From positions 1-56,041 of the forward strand of contig DDXG01000263.1 of assembly GCA_002347125.1 (NCBI GenBank): a DNA stretch of 56,041 nucleotides, read 5' to 3'. Source of the stretch: Phycisphaerales bacterium UBA2266. GTDB taxonomy: Bacteria > Planctomycetota > Phycisphaerae > Sedimentisphaerales > Anaerobacaceae. A program made the position numbers and the translations under genes. The notes beneath the pieces are model-generated. The model saw nothing but the letters and a program-made list of their open reading frames with translations, had not been told where the DNA came from and did not search any database. Below are positions 24,373 to 33,412 of this stretch, in pieces (the stretch's first letter is position 1; each line of letters begins with the position of its first letter).

Positions 24373-25517
24373 TTCGGCGGGTCTGTGTAATTACAGGCAC
24401 TCGGGCCGATTATGGCATCCTCGCCCCCGTGATGAAGGCCATCCGCGGTGAGCCGGGGTTTGAGCTGCAGATTGTTGCGACGTGTATGCACATGATGGAT
24501 GAGTTCGGGCGGACGGTCGACCTGATTGAACAGGACGGCTTTGAGGTGACTGAGACATTGGATGTCTCCTACGACTTGGACGGCCCTCTGGCACAAGTGC
24601 GGTCGGTGGGGCAGGCCCTGACGGGATTGGCGGAGTGCTTCAACAGGCTCGACCCGGCTATCGTGCTGGTGTTGGGCGACCGGGGCGAGATGCTGGCCGG
24701 CGCGACGGCCGCCAACTATTTGAGGGTCGCCGTGGCTCACGTCCACGGCGGGGAGGTCTCCGGGCACATCGACGGTGTATTGCGGCACGCCATTACCAAG
24801 TTGTCGCATCTGCACTTCTGTGCGACGGCGGCGGCCCGGCGGCGGATTCTGGACCTCGGTGAGGAGCCGTGGCGGGTCTTTCTAACGGGGGCCCCGGCCT
24901 TGGACCGGATCCTGCGGGCCGATTACACGGCGCGCGAGGAGCTTGCGAGTCGGTACGGGTTGGACCCGCAGCGGCCTCTGATCGTGGTTCTTCAGCACCC
25001 GGTCTCGACACAGGTTGAGCAGGCGGCGGCACAGATGGAAGCGACGCTGGAGGCGGTGTTGGCTTGCGAGGTACCCGCGTGGATCATCTACCCGAACGCG
25101 GACGCCGGGGGCCGGGCGATGATTGAGGTCATACGGCGATACGAAGATCGGCCGCTGAGTGCGACATTCAAGAACATCCCGCATAGGGACTACCTGGGTC
25201 TGCTGAGGGTGGCGTCGGTGCTTGTGGGCAACAGTTCAAGCGGCATCATCGAGGCGCCTTCTTTTGGGCTGCCTGTTGTCAACGTCGGTTCACGGCAACA
25301 GGGACGGGAGCGTGCGGGGAACGTCATTGATGTGCCATATGACACGGCGGCGATTGCCGGAGCTATCCACAAAGCTCTGTACGACACCGCCTTTCAAGCC
25401 GGCGCCGCGGTCCGCAACAACCCTTACGGCGACGGCACGGCGAGCGAGGCGATTGTACAGGCGCTGAAGACGGTCCCGTGCGACTCGACGTTGTTGGACA
25501 AGCGGATCATGTATTGA
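24369..25517 (+). CDS. neuC: UDP-N-acetylglucosamine 2-epimerase (hydrolysing), NeuC/LegG family
   Basis: VCVITGTRADYGILAPVMKAI...VLVLGDRGEMLAGATAA...AHVHGGEVSG...RHAITKLSHLHF. An ATGA overlap joins it to neuB. Confidence 0.9.
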   Translation: MIRRVCVITGTRADYGILAPVMKAIRGEPGFELQIVATCMHMMDEFGRTVDLIEQDGFEVTETLDVSYDLDGPLAQVRSVGQALTGLAECFNRLDPAIVLVLGDRGEMLAGATAANYLRVAVAHVHGGEVSGHIDGVLRHAITKLSHLHFCATAAARRRILDLGEEPWRVFLTGAPALDRILRADYTAREELASRYGLDPQRPLIVVLQHPVSTQVEQAAAQMEATLEAVLACEVPAWIIYPNADAGGRAMIEVIRRYEDRPLSATFKNIPHRDYLGLLRVASVLVGNSSSGIIEAPSFGLPVVNVGSRQQGRERAGNVIDVPYDTAAIAGAIHKALYDTAFQAGAAVRNNPYGDGTASEAIVQALKTVPCDSTLLDKRIMY

Positions 25518-25518
25518 G

Positions 25519-26169
25519 ATGTCTCAGGGACTGGTACTTATCTTCGGGGCCGGAGGGCACGGGAAGGTTGTGCTGGACATCCTGCGCAACGCCGCCGTCG
25601 AAGTGGCGGGGTTCCTCGATGAGGACGTCCGCAAAGAAGGGGCCACCCTCGGCGGGCTGAAGATACTCGGCGGCTGGGATTACCTGGATAGCCACCCGGG
25701 TTCGACGGTCGCCCTTGGCATCGGCAACAACCGCGTCCGCGCCCGACTTGCCGCAGAGTTGACGGGTGCCGGGCACCTGCTTACGCCGGCGATTCACCGC
25801 CGTGCAATCGTCTGTGACGATGTGCTTATAGGGCCCGGTGCCGTGGTCATGCCGGGGGCTGTGGTCAATACCGGCTCGACTATCGAGACGGGGTGCGTTG
25901 TCAACACGGGTGCGACCGTCGATCATGATTGCCGGCTGGCGGAGTTTTCGCAAGTGTGGCCGGGGGCCCATCTGGCCGGAGCGGTTACAGTGGGCGCCGG
26001 CTCCTACGTGGGAACGGGCGCGGCCGTCATACCGAATGTCACTATCGGCTCCAACGTCATGATCGGCGCCGGGGCCGCCGTTGTAAACGACCTGCCCGAC
26101 GACGCCGTGGCCGTTGGTGTTCCCGCTCGAATCATCAGGATGCAGACATGGCGCGACAGAGAGATATAA
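25519..26169 (+). CDS. Hexapeptide-repeat sugar N-acetyltransferase (NeuD/PglD/LegH family)
   Basis: The N-terminal Rossmann-like segment is LVLIFGAGGHGKVVLDIL. The C-terminal left-handed beta-helix repeats are IGPGAVVMPGAVVNTGSTIETGCVVNTGATVDHDCRLAEFSQVWPGAHLAG. Confidence 0.85.
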   Translation: MSQGLVLIFGAGGHGKVVLDILRNAAVEVAGFLDEDVRKEGATLGGLKILGGWDYLDSHPGSTVALGIGNNRVRARLAAELTGAGHLLTPAIHRRAIVCDDVLIGPGAVVMPGAVVNTGSTIETGCVVNTGATVDHDCRLAEFSQVWPGAHLAGAVTVGAGSYVGTGAAVIPNVTIGSNVMIGAGAAVVNDLPDDAVAVGVPARIIRMQTWRDREI

Positions 26170-27605
26170 GAGAACTGCTGGTGGGAGAAGACTTGTCGAT
26201 CAAAAAAGTCATGCAGATCATCGACCGCACGGCGCTGAACATCGCCTTTGTCGTGGACAGGGACTGCCGGCTCATCGGGGCTGTCAGCGACGGCGACATC
26301 CGACGTGCGATCCTTCGCGGCTGCGACGTCGGCACCGCGGTGAAGGAGGTGATGAACGGCGAGCCGGTCTTCCTGCACGAACACCAGCTTGCCAATCGAT
26401 ATCTTGTCACGGCGGCGGTTAAGAAGTTGCGGGCGGGTGGCGGCGGCTGCCCGCCGATACCGGTCGTTGACGCCGAGTGCCGGCCGGTTCAACTGGCGGA
26501 TTTCCGCGAACTGACGCGTGTGACGGCGATGTCCGACGACGGACCCAAGCGAGACAACCGCGTGCTTGTGGTGGGCGGCGCGGGCTTCCTCGGGTCGGTC
26601 CTGGTGGGTCGATTGCTGCAGAAGGGCTACACCGTCCGCGTCCTGGACAGTCTTCTGTATGGCCGGCAGTCCATTGAGGCATTCATCGAGAACAGTCGGT
26701 TTGAGCCGTGTGAGGGGGACATGCGGGACATTTCGGTCCTGGCCGGCGCGCTCAAACAGGTCGGTGCCGTGGTCAACCTGGCGGCCATCGTCGGAGACCC
26801 GGCGTGCAAGGCCAGTCCCTCGACGACCATCGAGACCAACTACCTGGCCAACAAGGTCTTGGCGGAGGCCTGCAAGTACAATCAGATCAACCGGTTTATC
26901 TTCGCCTCGACGTGCAGCGTCTATGGGGCCAGCCGGGAGGTGGTGGATGAGACATCCGACTTGCATCCCCTGTCGTTGTACACGCGGTCGAAGATTCATT
27001 CGGAGGAGGGCATTCTGAGCCTGGAGGATGAGAACTTCGCCCCGACGATCCTCCGCATGGCGACGCTGTACGGCTATTCGCCGCGGATGCGGTTCGACCT
27101 GGTGGTCAATACGATGGTCAAGGATGCATTCAGCACGGGACGGATCACGATCCACGGCGGCGGGACTCAGTGGCGGCCGCTGCTGGAGGTTTCGGACGCG
27201 GCCGAGGCATACATCCTGTGTTTGGAGGCGCCGCTCGAACGGATCAAGGGTGAAATCTTCAACCTCGGGGCGGAGAAACAGAACTACCAGATCCTGGACA
27301 TCGCGGCGAAGGTCCGCAGGCACCTGCCGGGTGCCGAGTTGCACTTCGCCGGCGAGATGTTCGACGCACGAGACTATTCTGTGTGCTTCAAGAAGATTCG
27401 GCGGCAACTGAATTTTCGTCCGCGAAAGGGGCTGAACTCGGCCATTATCGAGATCAAGCGGGCCCTGCACCGGGACATCGCCGACGTCGACGACGATCGC
27501 TACTACAACGTCAGGCGCATACAGGATGTTGGGGTCTACGCCCGGCCGCGGGCAGCCGAATACGCGACGGCAGGCGCTGCATCCGTTGACGGGCAGGGCA
27601 CCTGA
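26148..27605 (+). CDS. CBS-pair domain fused to an extended-SDR NAD-dependent sugar dehydratase/epimerase (LegB/PglF-like role)
   Basis: I moved the start to ATG 26148, since the listed 25929 extension is an Arg-rich overlap with the acetyltransferase gene. CBS region: IAFVVDRDCRLIGAVSDGDIRRAILRG. SDR region: VLVVGGAGFLGSVLVGRLLQKGYTV and the catalytic YTRSK. Confidence 0.85.
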   Translation: MARQRDIRELLVGEDLSIKKVMQIIDRTALNIAFVVDRDCRLIGAVSDGDIRRAILRGCDVGTAVKEVMNGEPVFLHEHQLANRYLVTAAVKKLRAGGGGCPPIPVVDAECRPVQLADFRELTRVTAMSDDGPKRDNRVLVVGGAGFLGSVLVGRLLQKGYTVRVLDSLLYGRQSIEAFIENSRFEPCEGDMRDISVLAGALKQVGAVVNLAAIVGDPACKASPSTTIETNYLANKVLAEACKYNQINRFIFASTCSVYGASREVVDETSDLHPLSLYTRSKIHSEEGILSLEDENFAPTILRMATLYGYSPRMRFDLVVNTMVKDAFSTGRITIHGGGTQWRPLLEVSDAAEAYILCLEAPLERIKGEIFNLGAEKQNYQILDIAAKVRRHLPGAELHFAGEMFDARDYSVCFKKIRRQLNFRPRKGLNSAIIEIKRALHRDIADVDDDRYYNVRRIQDVGVYARPRAAEYATAGAASVDGQGT

Positions 27606-27619
27606 CGGGACTACAGGAT

Positions 27620-28810
27620 ATGCATACAGCGGACATTCCAGCCATCCTGGGCGCATCACCGATGTTCGGCGAGATGTTGCCGATTACGCAGCCGACGCTT
27701 CCCGGCGTGGATCTGCTGATCGATGATCTGCGGAGGGTGTTTGACCGGCGGATGATTACAAATGCGGATTTGGTGCGGGAGTTCGAGCAGCGCGTGGCCA
27801 AGCATCTGGGCGTAGGCCATGTGGTGGCCGTAAGCAGTTGCACCAGCGGCCTGATGCTTGTATTACGGGCCCTGGGCTGCGAGGGCGAGGTGATTATGCC
27901 GTCATTTACGTTCTATGCAACGGGCCACGCGGCACTGTGGAACGGTCTGACGCCTGTGTTTGCGGACTGCGACCGCCGAACGGCCAATATCGACCCGCGG
28001 GCCGCGGCCTCGGCGATCACGTCGCGGACCTGCGCTATTCTCGCAGTGCACGTCTTCGGCAACCCGGCCGACACCGATGCGCTGCAGGGCATCGCCGACC
28101 GGCATCATCTGGCCCTGGTCTATGATGCAGCCCACGGCCTTGGCGCCCGGCGGGGCGGGGCCCGGCTGGGCGGCCAGGGCACGGCGTCATCATTCAGCCT
28201 CAGTCCGACGAAACTCATCACGGCGGGAGAGGGGGGGCTTGTGACGACCCAAGATGGGGAGTTGGCAAGGCGGATTCGTATCGGCCGCAACTATGGCGAT
28301 GCGGGGGCCTATGACTGCGAGTTCCTTGGCCTCAGTGCCCGCATGCCGGAATTCAGCGCGCTGCTGGGTCTGCGGTGCATGGAGGACCTTGATGGCAACG
28401 TCCGGCGCCGGCACCGGTTGGCGCAGGTCTACATCGAGCGTCTGTCTCGGTTGCCGGGTGTGTCGTTTCAGGAGATTGCCGCGGCGGATACGACGAGCTA
28501 CAAAGACTTGTCCGTTCATATCGACGCCGACGCGTTCGGTTTGGGCCGCGACGGTCTCTGCCGGTCGTTGGCGGCCGAGAATATCATGACAAAGAAGTAC
28601 TTCTGCCCCCCGCTGCACCACCAGAGGCTGTTCCAGCGGTTTCACGATGCGCGGCGGCCTCTGCCGAACACCGAGTACCTCAGCTACAACAGTCTGTCGT
28701 TGCCGCTATTCTCGCATATGGCAGAAGAGGCGGCTCACAAGGTCTGCGACGCTGTTGAGCGGATCCATCGCCATGCCGGCCGCATCGCCACAATGGGAAC
28801 CACGCCATGA
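27620..28810 (+). CDS. DegT/DnrJ/EryC1/StrS-family PLP sugar aminotransferase (LegC/PglE-like)
   Basis: SCTSGLMLVLRAL...DAAHGLGA...SFSLSPTKLITAGEGG, with the Schiff-base Lys retained. The RBS is AGGA. Confidence 0.9.
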   Translation: MHTADIPAILGASPMFGEMLPITQPTLPGVDLLIDDLRRVFDRRMITNADLVREFEQRVAKHLGVGHVVAVSSCTSGLMLVLRALGCEGEVIMPSFTFYATGHAALWNGLTPVFADCDRRTANIDPRAAASAITSRTCAILAVHVFGNPADTDALQGIADRHHLALVYDAAHGLGARRGGARLGGQGTASSFSLSPTKLITAGEGGLVTTQDGELARRIRIGRNYGDAGAYDCEFLGLSARMPEFSALLGLRCMEDLDGNVRRRHRLAQVYIERLSRLPGVSFQEIAAADTTSYKDLSVHIDADAFGLGRDGLCRSLAAENIMTKKYFCPPLHHQRLFQRFHDARRPLPNTEYLSYNSLSLPLFSHMAEEAAHKVCDAVERIHRHAGRIATMGTTP

Positions 28811-30891
28811 ACACAGGACAGCCGACGCTTCGCGTGTTTCTCTGCGACATGGTGCACAACTACCTTGGCGCGGGGTCGTACATGTTCCCGTTGAACATCG
28901 GTTACCTGGCCGCCTACGCCCGCCGGCAGCTCGGCGACGGGGTGGAGATTCGGCTGTTCAAGTACCCGGATGCGCTGTTGCGGGCCTTGGAATCCGCGAG
29001 CCCGGACGTCGTTGGCTTCGGCAATTACACATGGAACGCCGATCTCAACAACTGCCTGGCCGACCATGTGCGCGGCCTTTGGCCGCGAACACTGATTGTC
29101 TTCGGCGGGCCGAACATCAACTACAGCGACCGGGGCGTTACCGAGTTCTTCCTGTCCCATCAGGCGGCGGACTTCTACATTCCGTTCCAGGGCGAGAGGC
29201 CGCTGGCGCACCTGCTGGCGCGTTTTATGGACGGTGGCGGCGACCGCGAGCGGCTCACGGGCCGCGTTATGGAAGGAGCCTACGCCTACGACGCCGGGGC
29301 CGGTGTTGTGTTGCGGGGCGAGATTCCGCCGCGCATCAGGCAGCCGGATGACATCCCATCGCCTTACCTGACGGGCCTGCTCGACGAGTTCTTCGAATAC
29401 CCGCTGATTCCGATTGTCGAAACGAACCGCGGTTGCCCGTATCAGTGCACTTTCTGTGCCCAGGGGATCTCCTCACATCATCAGATCGACTACTTCAGCA
29501 TGGTTCGGGTGCGGGCCGAGCTGGACTACATCGCGGCGCACGTCAAGCACACCAATATCCTGAACCTGGCCGACAGCAACTTCGGCATCATCGACCGGGA
29601 CATGGATATTGCCCGGCATATTGCCCAGTTGACCCGCACGACGGGCTATCCGCGGCGCTGCAACACAAACTGGGCGAAAAACCAGCCCAAGATATTCCGG
29701 ATCGCGGAGATTCTGGACAACGTGAACCTCGTGGTGTCACTGCAATCGCTCGACGAAGGTGTTCTGGCGAAGGTCAAGCGGCGCAACATCCGCATGGGTG
29801 TATTCAAGGACATTGTAGAGCGTACCAACGCCCTGGGCGCCCAGTCTGGCACGGAGATCATTTTGGGCTTGCCCGGCGAGACCCGTGACAGCCACGTGCG
29901 GACGCTGCGGCAACTGTTTGACTGGGGTGTCTCGTGTATCATCTGCTACAACGGTCTCGTGCTGGACGGCACGGAGCTGGCCCGGCTCAAGGACGAGGGG
30001 GAATTCCGGTGCCGGACCCGTTATCGGCTGATCGACAGTTCGTTCGGCCAGTATGGCCCAATTACGAGTTTCGAGGCCGAGCAGGGCATCATGGCAACGG
30101 ACGCCATGACCGAGGAAGAACTGCTGGGTTCTCGCCCAGTGCACTGGCTTATTCAGTTCCTTTGGAACTACCGCTTCTACTACGACCTGCTTAAGTACGT
30201 GCAGATACACGGTGTGAATCCCCTGGACTTCATTCTGCGTCTGATTGAGGACGCCGACAAGGCGGCCCCGGCGGTGGTCCGACGGCTCTTCGAGGAGTTC
30301 AAACGCCAGGCCCGGGCCGAGTGGTTCGACAGCGTTGAGGACCTGCGGGCCCACTATATACAGGCGGAACCATTTCAGCGTCTGGGGCGGGGGATGCACG
30401 GCAAGATGAACGGCGCGTACATCTTCCGGGTCCTGCTGGAGGCCAAGGGGCCGTTCGAACGCTACATGTTCGAGACGGCGTGCCGATGTCTGCCGCTGTC
30501 GGCCGTCCATAGAGGCATTTTGCGTCAGATCATCGAGCAACTCAGTGCCGCCGTGATCGACTTCAATGGCTGTTGGGACGAGATCGAGCAGCCTCGGCTG
30601 CTGACCGGCCGCTTCGATCTGCCGGCATGGCGGGCCTCTCGCTATGACAGCACCGTCTTCAAGTACCTTAAACCGCGGCCCTGTGCGTGGCGCATCGAGC
30701 TGGGCGAGGACCAACGCCGGGTCCTCAAGCAACTGCTGCGGCAGTACGACCATCCGAACAAGAACGTCACCCTGCGAAAGATGAGCGAGTTCATTTCGGT
30801 TCGCGAGTTACTCTATCGGTTCGAACCGTGTGCGGCGCCGCACACTGGGCCTCACGCGAGGGTTGGCCGGTCGGCTGTGCTGTGCCGCTGA
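28807..30891 (+). CDS. Cobalamin-binding-domain (class B) radical SAM enzyme, 694 aa
   Basis: The N-terminal B12-binding-like region is RVFLCDMVHNY...PDVVGFGNYTWN. The radical SAM cluster motif is ETNRGCPYQCTFCAQG (CxxxCxxC). Confidence 0.8.
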   Translation: MNTGQPTLRVFLCDMVHNYLGAGSYMFPLNIGYLAAYARRQLGDGVEIRLFKYPDALLRALESASPDVVGFGNYTWNADLNNCLADHVRGLWPRTLIVFGGPNINYSDRGVTEFFLSHQAADFYIPFQGERPLAHLLARFMDGGGDRERLTGRVMEGAYAYDAGAGVVLRGEIPPRIRQPDDIPSPYLTGLLDEFFEYPLIPIVETNRGCPYQCTFCAQGISSHHQIDYFSMVRVRAELDYIAAHVKHTNILNLADSNFGIIDRDMDIARHIAQLTRTTGYPRRCNTNWAKNQPKIFRIAEILDNVNLVVSLQSLDEGVLAKVKRRNIRMGVFKDIVERTNALGAQSGTEIILGLPGETRDSHVRTLRQLFDWGVSCIICYNGLVLDGTELARLKDEGEFRCRTRYRLIDSSFGQYGPITSFEAEQGIMATDAMTEEELLGSRPVHWLIQFLWNYRFYYDLLKYVQIHGVNPLDFILRLIEDADKAAPAVVRRLFEEFKRQARAEWFDSVEDLRAHYIQAEPFQRLGRGMHGKMNGAYIFRVLLEAKGPFERYMFETACRCLPLSAVHRGILRQIIEQLSAAVIDFNGCWDEIEQPRLLTGRFDLPAWRASRYDSTVFKYLKPRPCAWRIELGEDQRRVLKQLLRQYDHPNKNVTLRKMSEFISVRELLYRFEPCAAPHTGPHARVGRSAVLCR

Positions 30892-30924
30892 TATGTCAAA
30901 ACGAATCCTGCAAGAGGCCATGCG

Positions 30925-32097
30925 ATGAAGGATTACCTCAAGGAGAAGACACGGTTCGTGATGAAGACCGAGACGCTGATGGGCGACGGCATCGCCAAGG
31001 AATTGCCGGATGTGCTGGCGGCCTGGGAATGGTCGCGGGTGGGTCTGGTTGTGGACGGTGGTCTCTACCGGCACAACGACTACGCCCGGCAGGTTGCGGA
31101 GACCCTCCGACAGCGGCTGGAGCACGTGACGATGCTGATCGCCGACATGCCCGAGCCGACGTATGATTATCTTGACCAGACCCGGGGTGTGTTTGCGGAT
31201 CTGGACCTGGACTGTTTCGTGGGCATCGGGGGCGGCAGCACGCTGGATATTGCCAAGGGGTTGGCGACGCTCATGACCAACGAGGGCGCGGCCGTAAGCT
31301 ACCGGGGTTTCGGCAAGGTGAAGAACACGCCGCTGCCCGTTGTGGCCCTACCGTCCACGGCAGGGACAGGTAGTGAAGTGACTCCGTATGCGGTCTTCAT
31401 CGACACACAGCAGCAGTGGAAGTTCGGCATCAACAGCGAGCACAACTATCCGAAGCTGGCGCTGTACGATCCGCGTCTGCTGGACAGTTGCCCGGACCGA
31501 ATCTACGCATCGGCGGGAATGGACGCCATGACCCATACGTTGGAGAGCTTCGTCGCCAGAAATGCGACGGTGGTCTCGCGGATGTTCTCGAAACAGGCGT
31601 TCAAGCTGCTATTCCCAAACCTCAAGAGAGCGGCCGGCGGCGAACGGTCAACGGCGGTGAAGCTGAACCTGTTGCTTGGAGCCGGCTGCGCGGGGGTGGC
31701 CCTGATGAACAGCGGGGCCGGACCGGCCGGCGCACTAAGCTACCCTCTGGGCGTCTATTACGATGTGCCTCACGGACTGGCGGGTTCGGTCTTTCTGCCG
31801 GCGGTCATCCGGTACAACGTCGAAAACGGATACACGGACTACGCCGAACTGTACGACCTGGTCTGTGACGAGGCCTGCGCGACGGCGGCGGAGAAATCGT
31901 CTCGTTTCGCCGAGGCCATCGAGCAACTCAGCGACGAACTGGGCATCCCGACGGAATTGGGCGGCTTCGGCGTCAAGACGGACGAGGATTCCCGGCGGAT
32001 CATCGACCATTCCATGCAGCTCAAGGCGGCGTTTGAACAGAATCCCATCACTTTCGGCCAATCGGAGGTTGAGAGAATTGTCTATGCACTTAGCTGA
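30925..32097 (+). CDS. Iron-containing (group III) alcohol dehydrogenase
   Basis: VGIGGGSTLDIAKG, ALPSTAGTGSEVT and His-rich metal-site regions (DAMTHTLES, VPHGLA). Confidence 0.85.
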   Translation: MKDYLKEKTRFVMKTETLMGDGIAKELPDVLAAWEWSRVGLVVDGGLYRHNDYARQVAETLRQRLEHVTMLIADMPEPTYDYLDQTRGVFADLDLDCFVGIGGGSTLDIAKGLATLMTNEGAAVSYRGFGKVKNTPLPVVALPSTAGTGSEVTPYAVFIDTQQQWKFGINSEHNYPKLALYDPRLLDSCPDRIYASAGMDAMTHTLESFVARNATVVSRMFSKQAFKLLFPNLKRAAGGERSTAVKLNLLLGAGCAGVALMNSGAGPAGALSYPLGVYYDVPHGLAGSVFLPAVIRYNVENGYTDYAELYDLVCDEACATAAEKSSRFAEAIEQLSDELGIPTELGGFGVKTDEDSRRIIDHSMQLKAAFEQNPITFGQSEVERIVYALS

Positions 32098-33412
32098 AAA
32101 GAAGACCGTATCGCTGAGCTTCAGGCAGTCCGAGTATGTCTATGATCGGGCGCTGGAGGTGATCCCGATGGGCGCCTCGACGTTCAGCCGAAACCCTCAC
32201 CTGTTTGTGATCGGTGCATCGCCGCTCTATATCGACTCGGCGCGGGGCTGCCGCGTCCGGGACGTGGACGGCAACGAGTTCATAGATTACTCGATGGCGC
32301 TGAGCATCATCTTTCTGGGCTACGCCGAACCGCGGGTCAGTGCCGCGGCCAAGGCCGCCATTGACGACGGGCTCATCTTCACCCTCTCGTGCCCGCAGGA
32401 GTCGATTCTGGCGCGCACGATCGTCGATCTCGTCCCCTGCGCCGAGATGGTCCGTTTCTGCAAGAACGGCTCGGACTCATGCGAGGGGGCGGTTCGCCTG
32501 GCCCGCAGACATACGGGCAAGCTCAAGGTCATGACGGTAGGCGGGTACCACGGTTTCCATGACTGGTACATTGCCTCGACGGCCCGCCGAGAAGGTGTTC
32601 CGCCGGCGATGGCCGAGTGGGTGCTGCCGCACGCCTACAACGATATTGACGCCGTCGAACGGACGATCCGCACACAGGCCGGGGAGATCGCCGCGCTGAT
32701 TATGGAGCCGGTGATCAACATTGAGCCACGGCCGGGATTCCTTGAGAGGATTCGGGAGTTGACGTTGCGGCACAACATCGTACTGATCTTCGACGAGATG
32801 AAGACGGGCTTTCGCCTGTCGATCGGCGGGGCCCAGGCGTTCTTTGGCGTCGTGCCGGACCTGGCGGTCTTCGGCAAGGCGCTGTCCAACGGTTTTCCGC
32901 TGAGCGCCCTGGTGGGCAAGCGGGAACTGATGCGGCAGTTCGAGGATGAGAATTGTTTTCTGTCGGCCTCCTATGCCACGGAGAAGGCGTCCATCGCGGC
33001 GGCCCTCAAGACGCTTGAGATACTGGAGGGTGAGCCCGTGCTCGAACATGTCTGGTCGATGGGCGAGCGTCTCAAGGTCGGGATTGTGGAACGGATAGAG
33101 AGGCACCATCTCACAGCCAGCCTGAAGATTATCGGTTTTGCGCCGATGACGCATTTTGTCATCTCCGAGACGGCAGGATTCACCGTTGCCCAGATACGGT
33201 CCTTCATCCAGCAGGAGTCCGTCCGTCGGGGCGTCCTGTTCGTAGGCTACAACCATACCAGCTACGCGCACGGCCCCGCCGACATCGAGTACACGCTCGA
33301 CGTCTACGACGAGGTCTTCGCCCTGCTGAGTCGGCGTCTGGCGGATGGCATGCTGGCTGACCGCATCGAGGGCAGGACCATCAGTTCATTCGGAGTCAGG
33401 GGCATATCATGA
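32084..33412 (+). CDS. Class III PLP aminotransferase (glutamate-1-semialdehyde aminomutase-like)
   Basis: I moved the start to ATG 32084, a 14-nt overlap with the upstream gene. Motifs: GASTFSRNP, ALIMEPV, LIFDEMKTGFRLS (PLP Lys). Confidence 0.85.
   Translation: MHLAEKKTVSLSFRQSEYVYDRALEVIPMGASTFSRNPHLFVIGASPLYIDSARGCRVRDVDGNEFIDYSMALSIIFLGYAEPRVSAAAKAAIDDGLIFTLSCPQESILARTIVDLVPCAEMVRFCKNGSDSCEGAVRLARRHTGKLKVMTVGGYHGFHDWYIASTARREGVPPAMAEWVLPHAYNDIDAVERTIRTQAGEIAALIMEPVINIEPRPGFLERIRELTLRHNIVLIFDEMKTGFRLSIGGAQAFFGVVPDLAVFGKALSNGFPLSALVGKRELMRQFEDENCFLSASYATEKASIAAALKTLEILEGEPVLEHVWSMGERLKVGIVERIERHHLTASLKIIGFAPMTHFVISETAGFTVAQIRSFIQQESVRRGVLFVGYNHTSYAHGPADIEYTLDVYDEVFALLSRRLADGMLADRIEGRTISSFGVRGIS

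Noticed and set aside
26004-27659. A 551-aa antisense ORF. Similar long minus-strand ORFs lie at 45439-47121, 20433-21743, 19402-20673, 11765-13009, 37584-38792, 48509-49762, 44283-45404 and 36937-37587.
   Set aside because: All lie opposite + strand genes with clear family motifs. Their translations are Arg/Pro/Gly/His-rich with no recognisable motifs. Such shadow ORFs are expected in high-GC DNA because stop codons are rare on the antisense strand.
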